Shown piece by piece: positions 26,465 to 36,303 of a DNA stretch of 64,000 nucleotides (the first letter of the stretch is position 1; every line of letters starts with the position of its first letter). A program made the translations under genes and the position numbers. Below the pieces are notes generated by a model. That model was not told where the DNA came from. It searched no databases and saw only the letters and a list, made by a program, of their open reading frames with translations. This stretch comes from Bacteroidota bacterium (GTDB taxonomy: Bacteria > Bacteroidota > Bacteroidia > NS11-12g > UBA955), in contig JAIXYV010000063.1 in assembly GCA_027490055.1 (NCBI GenBank), positions 1,377 through 65,376 on the forward strand, in the 5' to 3' direction.

Positions 26465-27700
26465 ATGAACAAAATTAAAGTAGCCAATCCTGTTGTCGAA
26501 TTGGACGGCGATGAAATGACACGCATTATCTGGAAGTTTATCAAAGACAAACTGATTCTACCATACCTGGATTTGGATATTAAGTACTACGACTTAGGTA
26601 TGGAGCACCGCGATGCCACCAACGACCAGGTAACGATTGATGCTGCTGAAGCCATTAAACAATACAGCGTAGGTATTAAATGCGCTACCATTACACCTGA
26701 TGAAGCTCGTGTGAAGGAATTCAACTTAAAACAGATGTGGAAGTCGCCAAACGGCACTATCCGTAACATATTAGACGGAACAGTATTCCGCGAGCCAATC
26801 GTTTGCAAAAACGTACCGCGTTTAGTACCTAACTGGACTGCTCCGATTTGTATCGGTCGTCACGCTTTCGGTGACCAGTACCGCGCTACCGATTTCGTTA
26901 CTAAAGGCAAAGGTAAATTAACCGTTAAGTTTGAAGGCGAAGATGGTACTGTACAGGAGTTTGAAGTATACAACTTTAAAGGCGACGGCGTAGCATTAGC
27001 GATGTACAACACTGATGAATCAATCAGAGGTTTCGCACACTCATGTTTCAACACTGCTTTACAAAAAGGCTGGCCTTTATATTTGTCTACTAAGAACACC
27101 ATTTTGAAAAAGTACGATGGTCGTTTTAAAGACATCTTCGAAGAAGTATACCAGGCAGACTACAAAGCGAAGTTCGAAGCAGCAGGTATCGTATACGAGC
27201 ACCGCTTAATCGACGACATGGTAGCATCTGCATTGAAATGGAATGGTAACTTTGTATGGGCTTGTAAGAACTACGACGGCGACGTACAATCTGATACAGT
27301 TGCTCAAGGTTTCGGATCATTAGGTTTAATGACTTCAACTTTAGTAACACCAGACGGCAAAACTATGGAAGCTGAAGCAGCACACGGAACAGTAACCCGT
27401 CACTACCGCGACCACCAGGCAGGCAAACCAACCAGCACCAATCCGATAGCATCTATTTTTGCATGGACCAGAGGTTTAGAGTTCAGAGGCAAATTAGATG
27501 GCAACCAGGAGTTAATCAATTTCTGCAACACTTTAGAGAAAGTATGCGTAGAAGTGGTAGAAAGCGGCAAAATGACCAAAGATTTGGCAGTTTGCATCCA
27601 CGGTAACAAAGTAACTCACGGCGAGCACTACTTATACACTGAAGAATTCTTAGACGAGTTAGACAAAGGCTTAAAAGCTAAATTGGGTCAGACCGCTTAA
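26465..27700 (+). CDS. icd: NADP-dependent isocitrate dehydrogenase (eukaryote-like subfamily II, ~410 aa)
   Basis: [23 protein letters not shown]..., plus [25 protein letters not shown]-type sequence and DGDVQSD. I trimmed the start to the ATG at 26465. Confidence 0.95.
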   Translation: MNKIKVANPVVELDGDEMTRIIWKFIKDKLILPYLDLDIKYYDLGMEHRDATNDQVTIDAAEAIKQYSVGIKCATITPDEARVKEFNLKQMWKSPNGTIRNILDGTVFREPIVCKNVPRLVPNWTAPICIGRHAFGDQYRATDFVTKGKGKLTVKFEGEDGTVQEFEVYNFKGDGVALAMYNTDESIRGFAHSCFNTALQKGWPLYLSTKNTILKKYDGRFKDIFEEVYQADYKAKFEAAGIVYEHRLIDDMVASALKWNGNFVWACKNYDGDVQSDTVAQGFGSLGLMTSTLVTPDGKTMEAEAAHGTVTRHYRDHQAGKPTSTNPIASIFAWTRGLEFRGKLDGNQELINFCNTLEKVCVEVVESGKMTKDLAVCIHGNKVTHGEHYLYTEEFLDELDKGLKAKLGQTA

Positions 27701-27721
27701 GAGAGATTATAATTTTATTTT

Positions 27722-27756
27722 AAAAAATCCCGGGTGTATAGCTCGGGATTTTTTTA
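27722..27756 (+). terminator. terminator hairpin T1 (repeat family member) after icd
   Basis: A6, then aatcccggg / tgtatag / ctcgggatt, then a T-run. The 9-bp stem includes one G-U pair that exists only in a plus-strand transcript. Confidence 0.75.
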
Positions 27757-28087
27757 TGTGTGGTTTCAACACTCCGCACTCCGCACTCAACCTCACCTTC
27801 ACACTTAACCTCGCCCTGACTTTCATACTCATCCTCACTCAGGCCCCTCCAAGAGGTGGTCGCAGATTTTTTATTAAAAAGGTTTTTATTATATGTTTAT
27901 CGGTTTTTATCAAAGCCCGGATCGGCTCCGCGATCCTCGATAGCGCGGAAATCGACGCAAGAACATCGCTCCCGATAGTTATCTGGTTTAATTCGTAACA
28001 TAGAAGCACAGAAATTACGAGAATCACATTGCGTCGACGACGCTGTAGTAACATTTATTAGAGAAGAATGGTTTTATAACTTAGGTC

Positions 28088-28153
28088 GGCCCTGTACCAG
28101 AACTCCTGCGTCGCACGGATACAGGACAAAGCCTCAGCGGTGCCGACAATGAG
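28088..28153 (-). repeat. GC-rich dispersed element, copy B (inverted relative to copy A)
   Basis: The reverse complement aligns with 21151-21219. The stem gtcctgtat/gtacagggc forms on the minus strand. Confidence 0.6.
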
Positions 28154-28223
28154 AGCAAGTACACCGTTTTTGTTTACGCGACTTTCATTTCCGATCATTA
28201 CACCAGACAGACAGAGGGTTTTC

Positions 28224-28379
28224 ATGGATATATGCGAGAATTGCAACATGATCTTAGGCGGTAGTGGCTATCAGGTTTTATACGAAAAAAAGAACGGTAA
28301 ATGGTCGGTTCACAGTTCCTATAACTTCTGGGTCAGCGAGGCCAATTGGAAGAGAGAAGAATTCTTGGCACTAAGGTGA
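28224..28379 (+). pseudogene. 51-codon ORF, possibly the C-terminal remnant of an NTF2-like protein, or a genuine small protein
   Basis: MDICENCNMILGGSGYQVLYEKKNGKWSVHSSYNFWVSE... The ...EKKNGKWSV.H motif resembles C-termini of SnoaL/NTF2-like proteins. The upstream in-frame part (28140-28223) looks non-protein-like. Terminator T2 follows. Confidence 0.25.
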
Positions 28380-28404
28380 AATGATGTTTGATTAAAAATA
28401 ATTG

Positions 28405-28440
28405 AAAAAATCCCGGGTGTAAAGCTCGGGATTTTTTTTT
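28405..28440 (+). terminator. terminator hairpin T2 (repeat family member)
   Basis: aatcccggg / tgtaaag / ctcgggatt followed by T9. Confidence 0.7.
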
Positions 28441-28660
28441 GTGAAAAATTAATTTAAGGCTGATAGCTACATCTAGAAGTATTAAAAAACATAAATTTTT
28501 ATGCCTGATAAACAAATTGATACATCAATTAGTGTGATATTATTGAAAAAAGATATTGACTCGATTTCTGAAATATGAAATTATGTTTATAATTGCCATG
28601 TTCTTTTAATTGTCTCATAGTAATATGAAATTGAAAACGAACTTAAACTAACTTTTAAAC

Positions 28661-29317
28661 ATGAAAACAAGCCTCAAAAAAATCACCATGTGGATACTCA
28701 CATTTATTGCCGTTTATTTAGTTGTCGGACTGATAATACACCATTGGATATTTCCCGTTAAAACACCTGACTATGCGACCTATTTTGAGTCGGGTAAATC
28801 ATTTAGTTCTAACCTGGAAGGACTAAAGCAAACCGTTGTTAAAATGGATAAGGGGATGTTGATTACCGATATAGAAATACTGCCACATTCGAACGGTCCT
28901 GTACCCCATGTGCATGAGCATTTTGACGAGACCTTCACGGTAAAAAGTGGTACGCTCTCAATGCAATATGGCAATGAAATAAAGAAGATTAGCAGCGGGC
29001 AGACCATTGTAATTCCGAAGAATACACCCCACAAACCCTTTAATGAAACCGATTCGCCAGTGGTAGTAACAAGTGAAATGCCTCTGGACTTCGCCTATTG
29101 CCTTTCGCAGATTTATCCATTCTGGGATAACAACCTAGCCAATACCAAGCCACCAAAGGTGTTATTCCAGTTGGCGGTATTTGGAAACAAATTTGACTCA
29201 TACCCAACACTAGACGCTCCACCTAAACCAGTGCTTAAAACTTTAAAATTTTTACTGGCCCCAACTGCGCGATTAATAGGCTATAAGTTTTATAATCCTG
29301 CTTATCTTCCTCAATAG
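28661..29317 (+). CDS. cupin-domain protein with N-terminal TM anchor
   Basis: 218 aa. TM segment MWILTFIAVYLVVGLIIHHWIF, then cupin motifs PHVHEHFDETF and IPKNTPHKPFN. Confidence 0.65.
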   Translation: MKTSLKKITMWILTFIAVYLVVGLIIHHWIFPVKTPDYATYFESGKSFSSNLEGLKQTVVKMDKGMLITDIEILPHSNGPVPHVHEHFDETFTVKSGTLSMQYGNEIKKISSGQTIVIPKNTPHKPFNETDSPVVVTSEMPLDFAYCLSQIYPFWDNNLANTKPPKVLFQLAVFGNKFDSYPTLDAPPKPVLKTLKFLLAPTARLIGYKFYNPAYLPQ

Positions 29318-29406
29318 ATCACATTCGATAGTATATTGAAAAATTCTACAACTCGTTGTAAAAAACTTAAATTAGATTGCTAAAAAGAGATAATATTTTG
29401 ATTGAA

Positions 29407-29439
29407 AGAATCCCGGGTGTTGAGCTCGGGATTTTTTTT
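29407..29439 (+). terminator. terminator hairpin T3 (repeat family member)
   Basis: aatcccggg / tgttgag / ctcgggatt followed by T8. Confidence 0.7.
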
Positions 29440-29597
29440 GTGAAATATTGCATTTAAAACTAATCAGAACTAACAGTTATTATCAAAAAAAACCTGATTT
29501 TTGTTTTTGGTATTCAGCTCTAATATTTGAGCCAAACTAAAACATTTTATAATTGTAATATAAGATAGAAATAAAGGAAGCGAGAACTAAAACACGA

Positions 29598-30221
29598 ATG
29601 AAAAACCTTAAGTCGATTTTACCCAAAATTACATTGCTTTCTTTGCTTTACTGTTGTTCGGTTGTTGTTGCCAATGCTCAGGTTCAGGCAACAAGTGATC
29701 TTGCTCAAAGGTTTTTTGTGCCAGCGATACAAATGGGCTATATCAATCATAATTCTTCTAACATATCTGATGGAATTATGATTCAAACATCGATGGAGTA
29801 CAGAACCAGGAAGCACCTTCTGTTTCGTGGAAATTACGATTATTTTAGAGGTCGACTAAGTATGAATACCAATATTAATCAAACCTATTCGGCTAAAATA
29901 CCTTTGTCTGAACTCATAGGTGGTGTTGGTTATCGCGTCACTGAAAAGCGACATAACCTTTTCTTGGTGGCACAAACGGGTATTAGGTTTTATGAAAATC
30001 CAAGTGTAGAAATTAGCAATGGCAATTTAAACATCGATCAAAAAGATGAAACAGTTGGCACTATGCGCTACACTTTGGGTTATGAATATGAAGTCTTTAA
30101 CAGTGTTTTTCTGAATTCAGAAATTTTCGTGGGCCATTTATACCAAAACAAAGATTTCTGGCAGAATTCTAAACCCTTTTACGGTATCACTTTTGGCGTG
30201 TCGTCTAGATTCTTTTGGTAG
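29598..30221 (+). CDS. hypothetical outer-membrane beta-barrel-like protein
   Basis: 207 aa with a signal peptide ending VVANAQ. It has a strand-like alternation and a C-terminal ...GVSSRFFW. Confidence 0.45.
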   Translation: MKNLKSILPKITLLSLLYCCSVVVANAQVQATSDLAQRFFVPAIQMGYINHNSSNISDGIMIQTSMEYRTRKHLLFRGNYDYFRGRLSMNTNINQTYSAKIPLSELIGGVGYRVTEKRHNLFLVAQTGIRFYENPSVEISNGNLNIDQKDETVGTMRYTLGYEYEVFNSVFLNSEIFVGHLYQNKDFWQNSKPFYGITFGVSSRFFW

Positions 30222-30251
30222 ATAGATTCTTAAAGTAAGAATTTCAACACA

Positions 30252-30614
30252 TCAACAATCATCCTCAACGACATCTTTCTTAAACTGACTAATCATCTTC
30301 TTCATTTCTTTCAGCTGCTTGATCTTCTCTTCTATTGAGTTCAATTTCTCATCTAATACCGACAGTTTCTCGGTAATGGTTAAATGGTTATTGTACCAGG
30401 CGTCCATCAATTGGGCAATTTCGCTAATGGTGAAACCAATCGACTTGGCATCTCTCACCAATTCGAGTTTCTCTACCGTTTCTTCGTCGTAATGAAAGTA
30501 GTTGTTAGACTTGATGCTTGCGTCGCGTTGACCCTTAATTAAACCCGACTTCTCGTAAAATCGTATCGTGTGTGCACTGATGCCTGTTCTTTTCGACAAT
30601 TCGTTGATTAACAT
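30252..30614 (-). CDS. MerR-family transcriptional regulator
   Basis: 120 aa. N-terminal HTH INELSKRTGISAHTIRFYEKSGLI plus a C-terminal coiled coil. It is divergent from the SDR gene. Confidence 0.9.
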   Translation of the reverse strand: MLINELSKRTGISAHTIRFYEKSGLIKGQRDASIKSNNYFHYDEETVEKLELVRDAKSIGFTISEIAQLMDAWYNNHLTITEKLSVLDEKLNSIEEKIKQLKEMKKMISQFKKDVVEDDC

Positions 30615-30618
30615 CTTG

Positions 30619-30626
30619 CAAATTTA
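30619..30626 (-). promoter_or_regulatory. -7 box TAAATTTG 4 nt upstream of the merR-family ATG
   Basis: The reverse complement of caaattta matches TAnnTTTG, followed by caag and then the ATG at 30614. Confidence 0.35.
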
Positions 30627-30692
30627 GGGTGTTGAAAAATAAATTACAAGTATAGACTATGCTCTAAGGTTGCAGGTTTAAAATTTTCATTT

Positions 30693-30700
30693 TAGTTTTG
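30693..30700 (+). promoter_or_regulatory. -7 box TAGTTTTG for the SDR gene
   Basis: Exact TAnnTTTG match, 23 nt upstream of the ATG at 30724. Confidence 0.35.
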
Positions 30701-30723
30701 CTGCAAATTATTTTAAATACAAC

Positions 30724-31503
30724 ATGACAACCGCATTAATTACAGGAGCATCTAACGGAATCGGATTGGAATTAGCCAAAGTTCACGCTTCTAAAGGCGA
30801 CCATCTGGTACTGGTTGCAAGAAGTCAATCTAAGTTAGAAGAAATCAAAACTTCACTCGAAAATCTATACAAAGTAAAGGTTTATACCATTGTAAAGGAC
30901 CTGTCTCTGAGTAACGCCGCGCAGGAGGTATACGACGAAACCCAAAAGCAGAATATTCAAATAGCGTATTTGATAAACAATGCAGGGTTTGGCGACTTCG
31001 GAATGTTTGCCGAAACAGACTGGAACAAGGAATTGCAAATGATCAATTTGAACATGACAACCTTAACACATTTAACCAAACTTTATTTACAGGATATGGT
31101 GAAAAGAAGAAGCGGTAAAATTATGAATGTGGCATCCACTGCGGCATTTCAGTCGGGACCGACTATGGCGGTTTATTACGCTACAAAAGCATACGTATTG
31201 AGCTTTTCTGAGGCTATTGATAATGAAGTGCGCGATAAAGGTGTGACGGTTACTGCCCTTTGTCCAGGTGCCACAGAAAGCGGCTTTCAGGCTGCAGCGG
31301 CCATGGAAGAAAGCAATCTTGTAAAAGGTAAAAAACTACCAACATCTAAAGAAGTTGCCGAATATGGCTATGCTGCAATGATAAAAGGAAAAACAGTCGC
31401 TATTCACGGCTTTAAAAATTGGATTATGGCGAATTCTGTCCGCTTTACACCCAGAGCTCTTGTGGTTAAAATTACACGTAAAATCCAGGATAAAGCGAAT
31501 TGA
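30724..31503 (+). CDS. short-chain dehydrogenase/reductase (classical SDR)
   Basis: 259 aa. Cofactor motif TGASNGIG, then NNAG, then the catalytic YYATKAY. Confidence 0.9.
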   Translation: MTTALITGASNGIGLELAKVHASKGDHLVLVARSQSKLEEIKTSLENLYKVKVYTIVKDLSLSNAAQEVYDETQKQNIQIAYLINNAGFGDFGMFAETDWNKELQMINLNMTTLTHLTKLYLQDMVKRRSGKIMNVASTAAFQSGPTMAVYYATKAYVLSFSEAIDNEVRDKGVTVTALCPGATESGFQAAAAMEESNLVKGKKLPTSKEVAEYGYAAMIKGKTVAIHGFKNWIMANSVRFTPRALVVKITRKIQDKAN

Positions 31504-31733
31504 TAGAGGATAAGGTGCCAGTCCCGCCGCCAGCAAAAGTGTTTAAGCCTTATGTTTGATACATCGGTGGTGATTTACAATCATTGAACTTTTAGGGATA
31601 AACTATTCAGTCAGGCCTCAACGTTACCGGGATTAAAAACTAAAAATCACGCTTTTGTTTGCAGAGATTTTTTAAATTCTGATTAAAATTTATCTTCGTT
31701 GCTGCTTCTTACAATCAAAATAAGAATTTGTCA

Positions 31734-32315
31734 ATGTCTAATTCCACTTTGCCCAATTGCAACATTCGCCCTATGGGGAAAATATCAGAAGCGTTTGTAG
31801 TATTAGGTATTCACTCCTTTCAAGAAGCTTGTCTTTATATTAAAAACTTGCCATATAGACGTAATTTGAATAAGGAAGATCTCCTGTGTGTATTTAAAGA
31901 GCAATGCGGCACATGCAGTACCAAGCATGCGGTGTTGAAACTCTTGGCGGATGAGATAGGACTTGATGATGTTCAATTGTATTGCGGGATATATAAAATG
32001 TCTGCTCATAATACACCGGCAGTGGCGTCGTATTTGAAGCTACACGGACTGGCATATATTCCTGAAGCACACAATTATCTCAAGTATAAAAATCAAATTC
32101 TGGATTGTACCTTTGCTGATGTCAATACCGTCAACTTTGTTGACGACCTGATCGAAGAGATAGAAATACGCCCTTCCCAGATTAGCGACTATAAAGTAAA
32201 ATACCACCGCGACTTCCTTTCTAAATGGATAGAAAACAACGTTGAGATTCATTTATCTCTGGATGAGCTCTGGACTATCAGAGAACAATGTATTCGTGAT
32301 ATCGCAAGTAATTAA
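31734..32315 (+). CDS. hypothetical protein
   Basis: The ORF track gives 31728..32315 with a TTG start. The first ATG is at 31734 and another lies at 31773. I recognise no family. Confidence 0.4.
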   Translation: MSNSTLPNCNIRPMGKISEAFVVLGIHSFQEACLYIKNLPYRRNLNKEDLLCVFKEQCGTCSTKHAVLKLLADEIGLDDVQLYCGIYKMSAHNTPAVASYLKLHGLAYIPEAHNYLKYKNQILDCTFADVNTVNFVDDLIEEIEIRPSQISDYKVKYHRDFLSKWIENNVEIHLSLDELWTIREQCIRDIASN

Positions 32316-32406
32316 TGGATGAATTGTCAGGGTGTTTATGATTTTGTAAAATAATTAAATACGGTTGATAATACGTATCTTCGTAATACTAAAAACAAAC
32401 ATCTAA

Positions 32407-32754
32407 ATGACACACTCATTAAAACGCTTCAGTCTTGTATTGGTTTCTATCCTGCTTTTTTCTTTTACACCCGACAAATCACCTGTATATACCGGTACTT
32501 ATGGGGTAGGCGAGTCTAATCCTTCAAAGATTACACTCACTATTAATGCTGATAATACCTTTACTTACCAAGACTATTCTGTAGCTACTTCTAAAATCGA
32601 CCTCAGCGGCAGCTGGACTGCCAAAGGCGATAGGGTGGTGCTCAAAGCAAATGATCCTAAAGTTAAATTTCACAAGGTTTGGACCTTCGGTCAAGATGGT
32701 AAAGTCGCTAAATCTCGTAAGGGTTTATGCTGGTATAGGTTGTGTAGGATGTGA
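32407..32754 (+). CDS. hypothetical small secreted protein
   Basis: 115 aa with a signal-like N-terminus FSLVLVSILLFSF. I recognise no family. Confidence 0.4.
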   Translation: MTHSLKRFSLVLVSILLFSFTPDKSPVYTGTYGVGESNPSKITLTINADNTFTYQDYSVATSKIDLSGSWTAKGDRVVLKANDPKVKFHKVWTFGQDGKVAKSRKGLCWYRLCRM

Positions 32755-32866
32755 TTGCCCGCGTCACTTATCTAATTCAAAAACTTGGATTTGATAGATT
32801 ATTTTAATTATTTTGTAATAGTTACAGCATTTTTTTCTCGTGATGGGCTGTTCGAAATATTTTAAT

Positions 32867-35800
32867 ATGAAATCAAATCAGTTAATAATTTTATCCCTTT
32901 TCTTCTCTGTTTTTAATCTCTATGCACAGAAACCTGCAGGAGCTGTTGCGGCCAATCCGAATATGATTTATTATGCCGGAGGCAGTTGCAAGTTTTACGA
33001 TATCAATGATAATCTGCTTCTCTCTGTTGATGCAACCGAAGCTGGCTGGTCGGCTACACCTGCCAAAACCGCCTGGGTGGTGGTTACGCCAAGCAATGGT
33101 GGTTATTACGAGTTTCCCAGTTATACCAGCAATGCCCCTACTTGCAATATTTCGCAATACCTGCAACCTTTCTGGAAGTCGGATACAGTATTTAACGAAC
33201 TGGTGCTTTTAAATGGGGTCAACACTACGGCTAAACTGATGTTTAAACCGAGCAAAATTATTTCAGTTACCAATTACGATTTTTCTCAAAGCTTTATACA
33301 GAACACAGATTTTTCTGTGACAGGTAATGTTATTAAACAACTCACGGCTAAAGTCTCTTCGTCTGTGTCTATTGTCGCAGGAAAAAAAGGTAACGGTCAG
33401 CCTAATGGCTTAATGAACACCAAGGCGAGTTCGTGGACCTGCGTAACGTATATTCCGGATAGAAGCAACTGGAATGGTTCATCACTTCTGGGATACAAAG
33501 GCGATAAGTTGCCAAAAACCATGGCAAAACTAAAGGCTGGACAGGCCGTTACTATAGAAGCATACGGCATGAGTATTACCGCGGGCTTGAATGTGAGTGG
33601 ATTTGCCGGCGATGATAAAAATTTTACACCTACCAAGCCTTACATGCACAGTTATGTGGATTTGCTGGAGAATGCTCTGGAAGCACGATTTGGTTCTGAT
33701 ATCACCATGATTAATGGTTCTTGCGGGGGTAAGATGGTGGCATGGATAGATCAGTATTGCGAAAGTATGGTGGTGCCTAATGTGCCCGATTTGGTGATAT
33801 TGGATATGGGCATGAATGATATTTGGGGTACGACTTCGAACTCAGCTTTTAAAGCCAGTATGCAATCTTGCATCAATAAAATTAAAACAGCAAATCCCAA
33901 TACCGAATTTATTTTGATTGGCAATATGTTACCTGATGTGCAGTCGCAAGGTGCACCGTCTAACGGCGATGTTTTAATGTACGGATTCTTAAGTCAGTTA
34001 AAGAGTTTGGAAACCAATGGTATTGCTGTTTTTAACATGACGACTTTAAGCGATTCTATATACAAAAGAAAAGGCGCTACCCATTGTCATTCTAATTCTC
34101 TGCACCCTAACGATTACCTGGCAAGATGGTATGCTCAGGGATTGGCAGAAATGTTTAACGATGGCACAACAATAAGTCAAAGTGCCAAAAAATATTACGT
34201 CAATACTTCTGGCAATAATACCGACGGATTGACATTAGCAACGGCGTGGACCAGTCTGGATAAAATCAATACCAAACAATTTAATGCCGGCGATACCATT
34301 GTATTCGAAGCTGGGAAAACCTTTACAGGCAATATCGAGTTTGATAATACAGATGGAAATTCGGCCTCAAAGCCAATCATTATAACCACTTATGGCACCG
34401 GGCAGGCAACTATCAAAACTAATCTAACAAGTAAATGCGGATTCAAAGCCAGCAATGTACAAGGAATTCATATTAGCAATATTCACTTTAACGGACCGGG
34501 CAATGGCACTCAGAAAGATATCGATGGTATTTTGTTTTTTACGACCAATACCTCTGGTTATCTGAGTAATATTTCGATCAAAAATTGTGAGGTCAGTGGC
34601 TTCGGTTATTGCGGGATACGTTTTTATTCTAATTGGGATCCAACAGTAAAGGCAGGATACAAAAATGTGGTAATAGATAATTGTAAGGTGCACGACTGTA
34701 GAGAAAATGGCATAGTAAGTTTTGCTTATGATAATCAGACCACCAATTTCTACCACCACAAAAACTTCACCATTAGAAATACGGAGGTATACAATATTAC
34801 AGGGTATGCAAGTTCGACCCATAAAGGCAGTGGAATAGTTTTATCTCAAATAGACTCAAGTATCATTGAGCGATGTGTTGCATACAATACAGGCACGGCA
34901 AATACCGCTTGTGGCGGTCCTGGTGGCATATGGGTATGGGCTGCGAATGCCATTACTATACAGTATTGCGAGTCGCACCACAACTCATCTGGCGGCACTG
35001 GTGGTTGCGATGGGTTAGGATTCGATTTAGATGGGGGTGTTACTAATTCAGTTATTCAGTATTGCTATGCTCACGATAATGATGGGGCAGGTTATCTATT
35101 AGGTAATTTTTCAGGAGCCCGTCCGTGGGGTAATAACACGATGAGATATTGCATTAGTGCTAATGATGCCAGAACTAACAATTCGGCAGTGACTTTATTT
35201 ACGGCGCCTTCTACTAATTGGAACGGACTTAAGTTATATAACAACACCGTTTATGTAACACCATCTGCCAAAAATACCTACGCGACCTTTGGGGCATTTC
35301 AGATGACCGATTATGGTACCAACATGTCGGGAGTAGAATGTTATAACAATATTTTTTATACTACAGGAGCTTTGCCATTGGTGAATGTACCTGCAACTTT
35401 TACTGCGCAAACGCCCAAATTTATTGGCAACTTATACTATACCGAAGGGCAAGCCTTCACTATTAAATATGGCAGCACATATAATTCTTTGTCAGCCTTT
35501 AGAGGGGCAGGAGCTTATTGTGAAAAGAATGGCAGCGATACTACAGGTATGGTTTTGAATCCAGATTTGTTGAATACAACGGCAACGACTGTATTCCCAA
35601 AACCTACAGATTCTTTGAAATCATTTATGACATCCTTGACATCACCTTGCCGCAATACAGGTTTAGATTTAAAAACCAAATTCGGTATCGATATGGGAAC
35701 AAGAGATTATTGGGGAAATCCATTAAAGAACGAAAACGCGTTTGACATCGGGGCTTATGAATGGAGCAATAAGTTGAGTGCCCTTCATTCAATTAAATTC

Positions 35801-36043
35801 TCTGATATCGCTATTTACCCTAATCCAATTGGCAATGAAGCGCTTGTAATTGATTTGCCTATCAATCAAAGTTCTGATGTGCATTTTAAGTTATTAGACA
35901 TCACCGGTAAAATATGTCTGGACCAAACATTACACACAGGCTCAAACAGAATCCAAACACATACACTTCCTCAAGGCATTTATACCATCATTGTAAGCGA
36001 CAGTTTCAGGTCTGAGTCGTTCAAGCTGGTGAAAGTAGAATAA
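32867..36043 (+). CDS. T9SS-secreted multidomain protein: SGNH/GDSL hydrolase-like region + right-handed parallel beta-helix region + type-A C-terminal sorting domain
   Basis: Signal peptide MKSNQLIILSLFFSVFNLYAQ, from the ATG at 32867. GDSL-like blocks are AYGMSITAG and DLVILDMGMNDIW. The beta-helix region has repeated ...N..I.NC.V... turns. The CTD is IAIYPNPIGNEALVIDLP...GIYTIIVSD...FKLVKVE. Confidence 0.7.
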   Translation: MKSNQLIILSLFFSVFNLYAQKPAGAVAANPNMIYYAGGSCKFYDINDNLLLSVDATEAGWSATPAKTAWVVVTPSNGGYYEFPSYTSNAPTCNISQYLQPFWKSDTVFNELVLLNGVNTTAKLMFKPSKIISVTNYDFSQSFIQNTDFSVTGNVIKQLTAKVSSSVSIVAGKKGNGQPNGLMNTKASSWTCVTYIPDRSNWNGSSLLGYKGDKLPKTMAKLKAGQAVTIEAYGMSITAGLNVSGFAGDDKNFTPTKPYMHSYVDLLENALEARFGSDITMINGSCGGKMVAWIDQYCESMVVPNVPDLVILDMGMNDIWGTTSNSAFKASMQSCINKIKTANPNTEFILIGNMLPDVQSQGAPSNGDVLMYGFLSQLKSLETNGIAVFNMTTLSDSIYKRKGATHCHSNSLHPNDYLARWYAQGLAEMFNDGTTISQSAKKYYVNTSGNNTDGLTLATAWTSLDKINTKQFNAGDTIVFEAGKTFTGNIEFDNTDGNSASKPIIITTYGTGQATIKTNLTSKCGFKASNVQGIHISNIHFNGPGNGTQKDIDGILFFTTNTSGYLSNISIKNCEVSGFGYCGIRFYSNWDPTVKAGYKNVVIDNCKVHDCRENGIVSFAYDNQTTNFYHHKNFTIRNTEVYNITGYASSTHKGSGIVLSQIDSSIIERCVAYNTGTANTACGGPGGIWVWAANAITIQYCESHHNSSGGTGGCDGLGFDLDGGVTNSVIQYCYAHDNDGAGYLLGNFSGARPWGNNTMRYCISANDARTNNSAVTLFTAPSTNWNGLKLYNNTVYVTPSAKNTYATFGAFQMTDYGTNMSGVECYNNIFYTTGALPLVNVPATFTAQTPKFIGNLYYTEGQAFTIKYGSTYNSLSAFRGAGAYCEKNGSDTTGMVLNPDLLNTTATTVFPKPTDSLKSFMTSLTSPCRNTGLDLKTKFGIDMGTRDYWGNPLKNENAFDIGAYEWSNKLSALHSIKFSDIAIYPNPIGNEALVIDLPINQSSDVHFKLLDITGKICLDQTLHTGSNRIQTHTLPQGIYTIIVSDSFRSESFKLVKVE

Positions 36044-36251
36044 TCGAGTTAATCGATTGTTTTTATAGTAATCATCGGACTTACAGTCCGTGTTTATAGA
36101 GAGCCTCAGTGCTCCTTCGCACGCAACAAAATGGTTAGCAAGCATGAGAATGAAAGTTACACCAGACGGACCTGCCCGGATGCTTGGGGCGGAGGGGATT
36201 AAAGAAGTTTAGAGTGGACTTAAATTAACAGAAACAGCATACTCAATAAAT

Positions 36252-36287
36252 AAAAAAAGCGTGATCAATAATGACCACGCTTTTTTT
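36252..36287. terminator. bidirectional terminator between convergent T9SS cargo genes
   Basis: A7, then agcgtgatca / ataa / tgaccacgct (one mismatch), then T7. Confidence 0.6.
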
Positions 36288-36303
36288 GTTTTGTATTAAG
36301 AGA

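Noticed and set aside
27756-28249. Track ORFs 27756-27998 (+), 27839-28054 (-) and 28058-28249 (-) as real genes in the GC-rich patch.
   Set aside because: They overlap one another and have implausible composition. The part of 28058-28249 that is conserved with the copy at 21151-21219 differs by 1-nt indels and meets a stop in the other copy, so the conservation is at nucleotide/structure level and not protein level.
27722-29439. An integron-like cassette array, reading T1/T2/T3 as attC sites that separate same-orientation cassettes.
   Set aside because: The hairpins are short (9 bp) with A-run/T-run flanks, which is classic intrinsic-terminator architecture. They lack the attC R/L core organisation (no GTTRRRY-type ends and no extrahelical bases). 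No integron integrase gene is in the window.
30649-30663. The imperfect palindrome agtatagactatgct as the operator of the MerR-family regulator.
   Set aside because: It lies about 30 nt upstream of the SDR -7 box, not within the spacer between the -33 and -7 elements where MerR-type activators normally bind. It is only 6/7 symmetric and AT-rich, so the support is not strong enough to call.
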